Origin: a virus
Taxonomy: Duplodnaviria; Caudoviricetes
IMG/VR virus record: IMGVR_UViG_3300005200_000008
Location: 1 to 64,000 of that record
DNA length: 64,000 nt
Reading direction: 5' to 3' (one strand)
Shown here: piece after piece, positions 46,740 to 54,389 of the stretch
How positions within the stretch are numbered: position 1 is the stretch's first letter
How the letters are laid out: each line of letters begins with the position of its first letter
Notes under the pieces: generated by a model
What the model was told of the DNA's origin: nothing
Databases searched by the model: none
Seen by the model: only the letters and a program-made list of their open reading frames with translations
Position numbers and translations under genes: made by a program

Positions 46740-48455
46740 ATGGGCGAAACATCAAATAAAATTCAAGTGCTGAAGAACGACGGGCAGGATTTTGAGTGGT
46801 ATCCGACTACCCCCGAAATTATGAAAGCTATGAAAGATGATTTATGGAAGTATCTTCAAAGCCATGAAAGGGATTATGATGCCCGAAGAAAAGAAAACAT
46901 TGAAATACGCACCGATTCCGAATATGTCGGAAAGCGGGAAAAAATAACGCATAGGCTGGAGATTGGCTCATTTTTGGATATCGGCGCCGGCGACGGGCGC
47001 GTCCTCGATTTGTTTGACGCAGACAAAAAATACGGCATTGAAATCGCAAGGGCGCAGGCAGACGACCTTATTCGCAGGGGCATTTTTATAATCGGGCGAA
47101 ATTATTGGGACGTGTCATTATGCGAACAGTATTTTTCCCTTATATACAGCAACCCTCCCTTTTCGCAGTTTGAGCGTTGGGTAAATAAGATTCTTGTCGA
47201 TTGTAATTTTTGCGTTCTTTACCTTGTAATGCCGGTGCGCTGGCAAAACAAAGAAGAAATTATGAGGGAAATGAAACGCTATGAAGCGACCATTGTCGGC
47301 GAATTTGATTTTTCAAATGCCGACAGGGAAGCGCGTGGAAGGGTAAATCTTGTTCGTGTAAACGCGCCGTGGGAAAAAATTGAAGACGGCGAAGGCGGGA
47401 AACGCAGGTATGAGTATTACCAGCAGACAGTCGAAGATGCCTTTGAACGTTTTGTAAAAGAACAAATTGCCGACTTTGAAGAAAAGCCGGATTTAAGTTG
47501 GGAGGAAGAACGAGAACAGGGGCTTGCCCTGAAACAAACGCCTATTGACCAACTTATATCTGATTATGACCGTGAAAGGGAAAATCTTGGCAGCGCGTTT
47601 AAGGCTATTGGAAAACTTGACCCGCAGATTATAAAACTTCTGGGGCAGGATAAGAAATCCATGCTGGAAATAATAAAAAAATCCATTGAAGGATTGAAAT
47701 CAAAATATTGGAGAGCGGCTTTTGGCAAACTTGAACCGGTGCGTAAACGGATGACGCATGAAACCCGCAGAAGAATATTTCAGAACATTGAAGAATTCCG
47801 CACTCTCGATTTTAACGCCGATAACGTTTATTCGATTGTAATTTGGATTATCAATAATTCCAATATCGGCATACTAGATCAGATTGGCGAAGTTTTTGAC
47901 AAGATGACAACGCCCGAATATATAGAGGCTTACGTGTCAAACAAACACTGGGTAAAGAGCGATTGGCGAAATGCTAAGGATGCCAGGGATAATTGGAGAT
48001 ACAGTAAACTGCCGTCGCGTTGGAAATTGGGGCTTGATTACCGCATTGTTGTTCAGGCTCATAACCAACACACATACGATTCAATGGGCAGATATACTGT
48101 TGTTGATGATTTTATTGTTATCTGCGGTAATCTCGGATTTCCTATCGCTGATAGAGAACCGAGATATGACATACATCAATCTGAGCAAAGATTTTTTACC
48201 GAAGACGGTGAATTGGCGTTTACAATGAGATATTATACCGGCAACCATAACGCGCATTTAAAAATAAACAAAAAACTTTTAATGAAATTCAACATTGAAG
48301 TTGCGAAAATACGCAAATGGATGTCTGCTCCTGACGATGTTGTTGAAGAATACTCTGTTCCGAAAGATGAAGCGGTCAGGTTGTGGAACAGCGGTATTGC
48401 CCTTTTGGGAAATAATGATGTAAATATGCTGGAATACAAGGGTGAAACTAAATGA
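46740..48455 (+). CDS. DUF4942-type class I SAM-dependent DNA methyltransferase-like protein
   Basis: QDFEWYPT, FLDIGAGDG, YSNPPF; CCGGAAGTTATT 3 nt before ATG. Confidence 0.75.
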   Translation: MGETSNKIQVLKNDGQDFEWYPTTPEIMKAMKDDLWKYLQSHERDYDARRKENIEIRTDSEYVGKREKITHRLEIGSFLDIGAGDGRVLDLFDADKKYGIEIARAQADDLIRRGIFIIGRNYWDVSLCEQYFSLIYSNPPFSQFERWVNKILVDCNFCVLYLVMPVRWQNKEEIMREMKRYEATIVGEFDFSNADREARGRVNLVRVNAPWEKIEDGEGGKRRYEYYQQTVEDAFERFVKEQIADFEEKPDLSWEEEREQGLALKQTPIDQLISDYDRERENLGSAFKAIGKLDPQIIKLLGQDKKSMLEIIKKSIEGLKSKYWRAAFGKLEPVRKRMTHETRRRIFQNIEEFRTLDFNADNVYSIVIWIINNSNIGILDQIGEVFDKMTTPEYIEAYVSNKHWVKSDWRNAKDARDNWRYSKLPSRWKLGLDYRIVVQAHNQHTYDSMGRYTVVDDFIVICGNLGFPIADREPRYDIHQSEQRFFTEDGELAFTMRYYTGNHNAHLKINKKLLMKFNIEVAKIRKWMSAPDDVVEEYSVPKDEAVRLWNSGIALLGNNDVNMLEYKGETK

Positions 48456-48817
48456 TGACAGAATTTGAATATAGTTCCATGACGCTTGAAGAATTGGAAT
48501 TCTATCTTCCGATAACCGTTCAGCGTAGCGAAAAGAGAGAAAGGCTTTGTTCTGATTGCAAACAAAGTTTTGCGGAAGTAACGGTTAATTACGAACAGCG
48601 TCTTTTTCGGTCGGATGATTACGGCATTCATGGTTTGTCCAACCAGAGAAAAAAACGCTGGTATGAAATATCGTATATTAAAGCGTTTTCTGATATACCG
48701 TTGTTTAGAACGGAGCGGTATTATAATTTTAAGGACGCTTTGATAGAAGCCCATAAAAGGCTTGACGAAATGGGGTTAAAGTCAAGGGAGGATTACAAAA
48801 ATGCTTCTGAGGGGTAA
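48452..48817 (+). CDS. Hypothetical protein
   Basis: 121 aa, 4-nt overlap. Confidence 0.6.
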   Translation: MMTEFEYSSMTLEELEFYLPITVQRSEKRERLCSDCKQSFAEVTVNYEQRLFRSDDYGIHGLSNQRKKRWYEISYIKAFSDIPLFRTERYYNFKDALIEAHKRLDEMGLKSREDYKNASEG

Positions 48818-49964
48818 ATACTGCGAAGCGGTTATTCATACCGATTTTGTGGAAAACGAGGCGATCTCTCAGATTATCAATATATTGAACCAGCCCATGA
48901 TGGAGGGCGTAAAAGTCAGAATTATGCCTGACGTTCATGCCGGAGCTGGCATCTGTATCGGGTATACCGCCACGCTGAATGATTATGTCGTGCCTAACTT
49001 TATCGGCGTTGATATCGGCTGCGGTTTGACGGGTTTACCGTTGGGGAAACTGACTTCCGACCAGATTAATTTTCAGGGGTTGGATGATCATATCCGGAAA
49101 ACTATCCCGTCGGGAACCAGCGTTCATCAAAAAGTATTGACTGACAGGATACACGGAGTATTTGACGGCGCTAAAATTATTAATGACCATTTTCTTGATT
49201 TTTCGGAATTCTGTAATTTTTTAGTCGATACCTGCAAAGAAATAGGGATTGATTACGGCAGGGTGTTAGCGGCTATCGGGTCTTTAGGCGGCGGCAATCA
49301 TTTTATTTCCATTGACCGGGGGGCTGAGGGGGATTGCTATTTGGTGGTTCATTCAGGTTCGAGAAATTTTGGTAAATGCGTTGCCGAGTATTATCAGAAA
49401 AAAGCGGCAAAAGGACAAAAGAGTACCGGCCTTGAATACCTCGAAGGTATCAACAAAGATCGTTATTTGGCATGGATGGAATTCGCTCAGATGTACGCCG
49501 CCTTAAACCAGCGCGTGATTATTGATCTTATCGGTGATTTTTTTTCCGTTTCCCGCGATGATAATATGCTGATTGAGTCTGTTCACAATTATATCAGTTT
49601 CAAGGATAAGATAATACGGAAAGGCGCCATTTCAGCAAACGATGGCGAAATGATAATGATACCGCTTTCTATGGCTGACGGCATTTTGTATTGCCAGGGT
49701 AAAGGAAATTCTGAATGGAATTGTTCTGCCCCGCACGGCGCGGGCCGATTGATGTCAAGATCGAAGGCGAAGCAGTCAATATCTTTGGACGACTACCGCA
49801 GGCGCATGGAGGAAGCCGGCGTATGGAGTTCGTGCGTAGGAACCGAAACGCTTGACGAATCCCCGCAGGCTTATAAAGACCCGGAGATGATTTCAGAAGC
49901 GGTTGGGGACACGGCAGAAATAATCGACCATTGGAAAGAAATTTATAATTTTAAGGCGGCATGA
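48801..49964 (+). CDS. rtcB: RtcB RNA ligase
   Basis: IMPDVHAG, GVDIGCG, GSLGGGNHF, HSGSR, HNYI, SAPHGAGR, DESPQAYK. Confidence 0.95.
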   Translation: MLLRGKYCEAVIHTDFVENEAISQIINILNQPMMEGVKVRIMPDVHAGAGICIGYTATLNDYVVPNFIGVDIGCGLTGLPLGKLTSDQINFQGLDDHIRKTIPSGTSVHQKVLTDRIHGVFDGAKIINDHFLDFSEFCNFLVDTCKEIGIDYGRVLAAIGSLGGGNHFISIDRGAEGDCYLVVHSGSRNFGKCVAEYYQKKAAKGQKSTGLEYLEGINKDRYLAWMEFAQMYAALNQRVIIDLIGDFFSVSRDDNMLIESVHNYISFKDKIIRKGAISANDGEMIMIPLSMADGILYCQGKGNSEWNCSAPHGAGRLMSRSKAKQSISLDDYRRRMEEAGVWSSCVGTETLDESPQAYKDPEMISEAVGDTAEIIDHWKEIYNFKAA

Positions 49965-50464
49965 TTATGACCAAAAATTTGTATCGCGGAAAACCGGTAG
50001 CCGGGACTGTTTCCGAGCCTTGGGTATACGGCGCTTATTACAGACACGAGCCTCCCCTTATTGCTTTCGGAGAACAGAAGGAAAAAATTAAGCCGTTTAT
50101 TGTCAGAACGGCGTTTGCCGACTGGAATATGCCGAGGCAAGCCGAGCATGTTCCAATCGTGGAAGGAAGCCAGGGGCAGTTTACAGGACTTTTTGCGGTT
50201 GAAAGCCATCGCGGAGAAAAAGAGGAAGATTTGATGATCTTCGAGGGCGATATTCTTGATTTTGAAGACAACCATAAAACCCGTTTGGTAATTTTTGATC
50301 AAGGCAGTTTTCAAGTACTTTGGAGCGGTGGTTTTTCGCCGTTAAGGTATACGCTTACACGCGATAACCTCTCTCTGAGGGCAAAAATTATCGGAGATAA
50401 AACTTATAATTTTGATTTAATTAAAGGCATCAAACTGTATGAAAGTTTTCTCGGAACGACTTAA
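49961..50464 (+). CDS. YopX-like protein
   Basis: YRGK...WVYG...GQFTG...IFEGDIL...KIIG. Confidence 0.7.
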   Translation: MIMTKNLYRGKPVAGTVSEPWVYGAYYRHEPPLIAFGEQKEKIKPFIVRTAFADWNMPRQAEHVPIVEGSQGQFTGLFAVESHRGEKEEDLMIFEGDILDFEDNHKTRLVIFDQGSFQVLWSGGFSPLRYTLTRDNLSLRAKIIGDKTYNFDLIKGIKLYESFLGTT

Positions 50465-50768
50465 ATTAGCGCGGCAGTTACGGCATATGACACAATCGGA
50501 GTTGGAGAAAAAGGCGGGGATATTCCGCACTTCGGTTGCCCAGTTTGAATTGGGAAGCCGGGCGCCGTCGTTGAATTCGTTCGCAAAATTGGCTAAGGCT
50601 TTGAATGTAAGCGCAGACTACTTTCTCGGCATTAGCGACGTTCCCGAAGCCGTTACGTCGCATACCGTAATGGCGAAGGCGATCAATACACTGTCTCTTA
50701 ACGATCTTGAAATTATGGAAGGACTGGTAGATATTCTGCTGAAGCGTAACGCGGGGCGTGTTATCTGA
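50439..50768 (+). CDS. XRE-family HTH transcriptional regulator
   Basis: FSERLKLARQLRHMTQSELE...FELGSRAPS....LAKALNVSADYFLG. Confidence 0.9.
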   Translation: MKVFSERLKLARQLRHMTQSELEKKAGIFRTSVAQFELGSRAPSLNSFAKLAKALNVSADYFLGISDVPEAVTSHTVMAKAINTLSLNDLEIMEGLVDILLKRNAGRVI

Positions 50769-50862
50769 TAAAATGTTATGGAAAATGTTTTCTGTAATTC
50801 ATTATGCGGTAAGGAATTACGGCTTATTTGTCATTCAAAATGTTTGGTAAAATGTAAAAAAA

Positions 50863-50947
50863 TGTCCTAGCAACCGGAGGCAATCCCGATGGTTGAGCGT
50901 ATGAGACATACGCCCGGCGGCAGCCAATCCCGCCCCTCTGCTGGACA
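50863..50947 (-). ncRNA. Candidate 85-nt small RNA
   Basis: Own sigma70 promoter, closed TGTCC/GGACA stem, three internal hairpins, T7 tract immediately after. Confidence 0.55.
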
Positions 50948-50952
50948 TTATA

Positions 50953-50981
50953 AATATCTCATAAAAATACGATTGTGTCAA
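50953..50981 (-). promoter_or_regulatory. sigma70-type promoter for candidate sRNA
   Basis: TTGACA-N17-GATATT with TG extension. Confidence 0.55.
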
Positions 50982-50994
50982 GCCCTATTTTTAT

Positions 50995-51165
50995 ATGTTG
51001 GTGTTTCAGGAATCGCAGTCAAATGACTGGCTTGAAAAAGCTATCGCCCAGAGCATTGCAAACGGCTCTATGGAAATTGTATGGAATCCCGATAAAGCGG
51101 CCATAAACCCGAAACTCAGGAAGGAACTCGATAAGTATATGAAAAACGCCAAAAAGAAACCCTAG
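50995..51165 (+). CDS. Hypothetical 56-aa protein (not in ORF track)
   Basis: MLVFQESQSNDWLEKAIAQSI...; CCTATTT-ttat-ATG late signature. Confidence 0.55.
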   Translation: MLVFQESQSNDWLEKAIAQSIANGSMEIVWNPDKAAINPKLRKELDKYMKNAKKKP

Positions 51166-51521
51166 CCAGGGCGCAGATTGATTACCTTCTTTATCCTGTT
51201 GAAATCCTGTTCCGTAAATTCCTTTTTGACGCCCTCTACGATAAAAGTATACGGGAACGCCGGCCGCTTGGTTCTTTTTGAAAAAAGGGCGTGCCTCCCT
51301 GGATTGCCGTCTGCGTCTGGATATTCGGCATAATATGTGCCGTGCTGGTAAACGATTGAAAATCCGTCAAATTCAAAAGATTTCGATAATTCCACTTCTG
51401 GGGCGCTGCCGAATACGGGGTCGTCTGGATTGTACGGTATGCCGTTTTTATCCCCTGTTATGAGTTCGCTCCAATCCTCGTAAAATTTGCGTTTTTCATG
51501 TTCCGAAAAGGTTTTGGGCAT
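51162..51521 (-). CDS. Hypothetical protein
   Basis: 119 aa. Confidence 0.6.
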   Translation of the reverse strand: MPKTFSEHEKRKFYEDWSELITGDKNGIPYNPDDPVFGSAPEVELSKSFEFDGFSIVYQHGTYYAEYPDADGNPGRHALFSKRTKRPAFPYTFIVEGVKKEFTEQDFNRIKKVINLRPG

Positions 51522-51558
51522 TATCTTATATTATCGGCTAAACTGCGGTTTTTTGCTA

Positions 51559-51587
51559 TTGACAATTCAAATACCAGCTTTTAATCT
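51559..51587 (+). promoter_or_regulatory. sigma70 promoter, leaderless LRR mRNA
   Basis: TTGACA-N17-TAATCT, ATG 6 nt downstream. Confidence 0.65.
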
Positions 51588-51593
51588 TGAAAC

Positions 51594-52268
51594 ATGAGAA
51601 AGGTATTGTTTGTTGCGTTTATTTTAACCAGGTTTTGGGCGTTCGGGCAAAGCGAGGACAGTTTCGCTATTTTGCAGGGCAAAGACGGCGGTATAACCGT
51701 TACCGGCTACACCGGCTCCCAAAAGGAAATTGTAATCCCTGAGAAGATAAGCGGTCTGCCGGTAACCATAATCGGGAAGAACGCTTTCAGCAATAAAAGT
51801 TTGACAAAGGTTTCTATTCCCCGCACTGTCACAATGGTTGACGAAAGGGCTTTTGCCGGTAACGCGATTACCGAAGTAACTATTGCTAACGGCGTAAAAG
51901 TAATTTGGAACGAGGCGTTTGCCGACAACCAGATAAAAAGCATAACGCTTCCAAACTCCATAACCGACGTGGGCGGTTCGGCTTTCCGCAATAATAAAAT
52001 TACATCGGTCGTATGGCCGGCTAGTCTGGATTTTGTGCGTATCGGCGTATTCCAGAATAATCCTGTAGAGACCGTTACCTTCGGCGGCGCCAAAACAATA
52101 TCCGACAGGTCGTTTGAGGGTTCCGATATTTCATCTATTACCATAGCCAAGGATGTTTTAATTAATATCGAATCGGGGCTGGACAGGTCGTTTATCAATT
52201 TTTACAATAGCAACGGAAAACGTGCAGGCACCTACATCAAAAACAACCGCATTTGGTCGGCAAAGTAA
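51594..52268 (+). CDS. Exported BspA/TpLRR-type leucine-rich-repeat protein
   Basis: Signal peptide; ITVTGYTG...VIPEKISGLPVTIIGKNAF; IPxTVTxxxxxAF repeats. Confidence 0.9.
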   Translation: MRKVLFVAFILTRFWAFGQSEDSFAILQGKDGGITVTGYTGSQKEIVIPEKISGLPVTIIGKNAFSNKSLTKVSIPRTVTMVDERAFAGNAITEVTIANGVKVIWNEAFADNQIKSITLPNSITDVGGSAFRNNKITSVVWPASLDFVRIGVFQNNPVETVTFGGAKTISDRSFEGSDISSITIAKDVLINIESGLDRSFINFYNSNGKRAGTYIKNNRIWSAK

Positions 52269-52346
52269 TTTTATAATTTTCCCATTTTAATTTATTTTCT
52301 CTTTATAAAAAGCGCTTCCAAGTCGGAAGTACTTAGTATAACCTTT

Positions 52347-52354
52347 GCCTATTT
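52347..52354 (+). promoter_or_regulatory. Putative late promoter GCCTATTT (tandem with CGGAAGT at 52324-52330)
   Basis: Both motifs upstream of the acidic peptide. Confidence 0.55.
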
Positions 52355-52367
52355 CAACGGAGGGCTT

Positions 52368-52583
52368 ATGAGTTACGAAGATGAAGATGATGACGATTTT
52401 GATAATGCCGGCTGTTATTACAAGGACGAGGATCTGGAAGATGAGGACTTTGACGATGAAGATGAGGATGATGACAGCGAGGATGACTTCGATGAAGACG
52501 ACTTTGACGAGGACGATGAGGACGACAGCGACTATGATGAAGACGAATATGACGATGATGATTCCGAGGATTATGACGGGTAG
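52368..52583 (+). CDS. Ultra-acidic 71-aa peptide
   Basis: 49/71 D+E, interspersed F/Y; GGAGGG RBS. Confidence 0.75.
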   Translation: MSYEDEDDDDFDNAGCYYKDEDLEDEDFDDEDEDDDSEDDFDEDDFDEDDEDDSDYDEDEYDDDDSEDYDG

Positions 52584-52631
52584 ATTTAAGGCTTATGCCT
52601 GAAAATAAAATTAATGTTTGGAGGATTTTTT

Positions 52632-52832
52632 ATGGAAGGAACGCTTGAAACCTGCAAAATGAGCAGAACCAGAATGAACGTTTCCACTACGGCCAAAGGT
52701 CTGGTTCAGTGGGAAGTTACCGCCGAGTACGAAAGCCCTGAAGAAGCGGCGAAAGCCCTGTCCGAGGCTATCGACAAAGTTCGGGAAGTAATCAAAGGCA
52801 AAGGGTTGACCGAAGCCAGTGCCGCCGCTTAA
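52632..52832 (+). CDS. Hypothetical protein
   Basis: GGAGG RBS before ATG 52632. Confidence 0.65.
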   Translation: MEGTLETCKMSRTRMNVSTTAKGLVQWEVTAEYESPEEAAKALSEAIDKVREVIKGKGLTEASAAA

Positions 52833-52850
52833 ACCGAATTTCAAAAAAAG

Positions 52851-52879
52851 AAAAGCCCTGCGGCGTGCAGGGCTTTTTT
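52851..52879. terminator. Bidirectional intrinsic terminator
   Basis: AAAAGCCCTGC-GGCGT-GCAGGGCTTTT between convergent genes. Confidence 0.85.
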
Positions 52880-52902
52880 AATGCTCATTTTTTGCTGACG
52901 GC

Positions 52903-53001
52903 TTATTTCTTTTTTGCCGTTGTTTTCTTTGCTGCGGTTTTTTTGGCTGCGGGCTTTTTAGCCGCAGGTTTCTTTTCGGCGGTTTTCTTTGCTGCTGGCA
53001 T
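52903..53001 (-). CDS. 32-aa histone H1/HC2-like basic peptide (not in ORF track)
   Basis: MPAAKKTAEKKPAAKKPAAKKTAAKKTTAKKK; AAGGAG RBS. Confidence 0.8.
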   Translation of the reverse strand: MPAAKKTAEKKPAAKKPAAKKTAAKKTTAKKK

Positions 53002-53068
53002 TTAATCTCTCCTTTTAATAAAAGATGTTATTATTATCGGCTTATTATTTGAATTTATTTAATAGGGA

Positions 53069-53470
53069 CTATGCTGTGGGAAGATTTGATAAGACGGAAC
53101 TGTCTAAAGGGAAGGATTTTGTCAATCCTTCTACGATATTCAATGCCACTTTTTTTCCTTCGTCGTTGAGGTTTTCCGCTGCGTAGGCAATTTGAATCGA
53201 TATACTTGAAATTTTTGACATATTTCGATCTTTCCCGTCTATGAAGTATTCCATAGATATGCCGAGATAGTTGCATATGTCATAAGCCTCTTTAATGTTA
53301 GGAAGTGTATCGTTCTGTACTTGTTTGTTGAGGGTTTGCTGTATTATGCCTACGTTTCTGGCTAATTCTGTTAGAGTTATCTTTCTTTTTTTAATTTCGT
53401 CATCTATTCGTTGCCAACATTCAAGCATATCTTCGTATTTTTTACTCGGTTTTTCAGCTTTTTTGGGCAT
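53069..53470 (-). CDS. XRE/CI-like HTH repressor
   Basis: ITLTELARNVGIIQQTLNKQ...PNIKEAYDICNYLGISMEYFIDG; divergent from sigma gene. Confidence 0.85.
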   Translation of the reverse strand: MPKKAEKPSKKYEDMLECWQRIDDEIKKRKITLTELARNVGIIQQTLNKQVQNDTLPNIKEAYDICNYLGISMEYFIDGKDRNMSKISSISIQIAYAAENLNDEGKKVALNIVEGLTKSFPLDSSVLSNLPTA

Positions 53471-53475
53471 AATTC

Positions 53476-53504
53476 ATTTTCGACTGGTTTCAAAAAAAAT
53501 ACAA
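53476..53504 (-). promoter_or_regulatory. PRM-like promoter for repressor (leaderless)
   Basis: TTGTAT-N17-GAAAAT, ATG 5 nt later; -35 overlaps operator O3. Confidence 0.55.
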
Positions 53505-53516
53505 CTTTTTTCGTAA
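53499..53516. promoter_or_regulatory. Degenerate operator O3
   Basis: ATACAAC-TTTT-TTCGTAA (one perfect half-site). Confidence 0.5.
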
Positions 53517-53522
53517 AAGCTC

Positions 53523-53552
53523 TTGACAGATACAACCGATGTTGTATATAAT
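53523..53552 (+). promoter_or_regulatory. Consensus sigma70 promoter (PR-like) for phage sigma gene
   Basis: TTGACA-N18-TATAAT. Confidence 0.85.
53530..53547. promoter_or_regulatory. Operator O2
   Basis: Perfect ATACAAC-CGAT-GTTGTAT between -35 and -10. Confidence 0.85.
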
Positions 53553-53559
53553 GAGATAT

Positions 53560-53577
53560 ATACAACGAAAGTTGTAT
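53560..53577. promoter_or_regulatory. Operator O1
   Basis: Perfect ATACAAC-GAAA-GTTGTAT at predicted TSS. Confidence 0.85.
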
Positions 53578-53724
53578 GGCATTGAATGGCTTAAAAGGGC
53601 TGGAAGACTTTTAAGCCGGTTAAACGGCGGCTCCGAGGCGTCTTCCAGCGCTAAGGAGCATTTTTTATGGGAATCGCAGGAAGCCGCAGGCTGCCTGAAA
53701 TTATATTCCAATGAGGTGTGTGAA

Positions 53725-54387
53725 ATGGAAAAGGTAGGATCAAACCAAGTAGCCCAAAGTCAGCCAGAGACTGAATTCTCCATTGTGTGCCGCGCCAAAA
53801 ACGGCGACCAGGACGCTGTTGAATGGATATGGCGCAAGTACAGGAAACTCATGGTCGGCATGATCGGCAAGTACTGGTGGTATCACCGACTTTCCGAAGG
53901 GGAAATGGAAAGCGAAGCAACTATGGCTATGCTACACAAACTTGAGATATTTAAGCCTGAGAGGGTTAAGAAATCTCCCGAAGAATGGGAGTTTAAGTAT
54001 ATGCTTATCAACGCGGCGTACCATTGCCGGAGCCGTCTCAAAACGGCGGCAAAAAGGAAACAAGAAGAAGACGGCGAATCTTTTGAGGAAATCGAGGAGT
54101 ATTCGCATGATAGAACAATGTTGAAGGATATGGTTGTAAACAACGAACACCAATATTATGTTTATAACCCCGAAGACATTGCAATCCGCAGCATGGACGA
54201 AACGCCGGAAGAAAAAGCGGAGCGCTTAATGTCAATGTTGACGCCAATTCAAAAAACGTTGCTTGAACTCCGCAGGAAAGAAATGACGGTACAGGAAATA
54301 GCGGATCACATGGGTTGGGGTTTTACCAAAGTACGCAAACAGATTGTACAGGCCCGCGAACTCGCGCATGTCGTTTTCGGGGTGTAG
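53725..54387 (+). CDS. Phage RNA polymerase sigma factor (sigma70 regions 2 and 4)
   Basis: AKNGDQDAVEWIWRKYRKLM..(r2); LTPIQKTLLELRRKEMTVQEIADHMG..TKVRKQIVQAR (r4); GAGGTG RBS before 53725. Confidence 0.85.
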   Translation: MEKVGSNQVAQSQPETEFSIVCRAKNGDQDAVEWIWRKYRKLMVGMIGKYWWYHRLSEGEMESEATMAMLHKLEIFKPERVKKSPEEWEFKYMLINAAYHCRSRLKTAAKRKQEEDGESFEEIEEYSHDRTMLKDMVVNNEHQYYVYNPEDIAIRSMDETPEEKAERLMSMLTPIQKTLLELRRKEMTVQEIADHMGWGFTKVRKQIVQARELAHVVFGV

Positions 54388-54389
54388 TT

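Noticed and set aside
52375-52575. GAY/GAR-rich stretch as a tandem DNA repeat
   Set aside because: Explained by Asp/Glu codons with mixed synonymous usage; it is coding low-complexity sequence.
53539-53724. N-terminal extension of the sigma factor (ORF track start 53539)
   Set aside because: Those ATGs lie inside the promoter/operator; ATG 53725 has a GAGGTG RBS and precedes region-2-like sequence.
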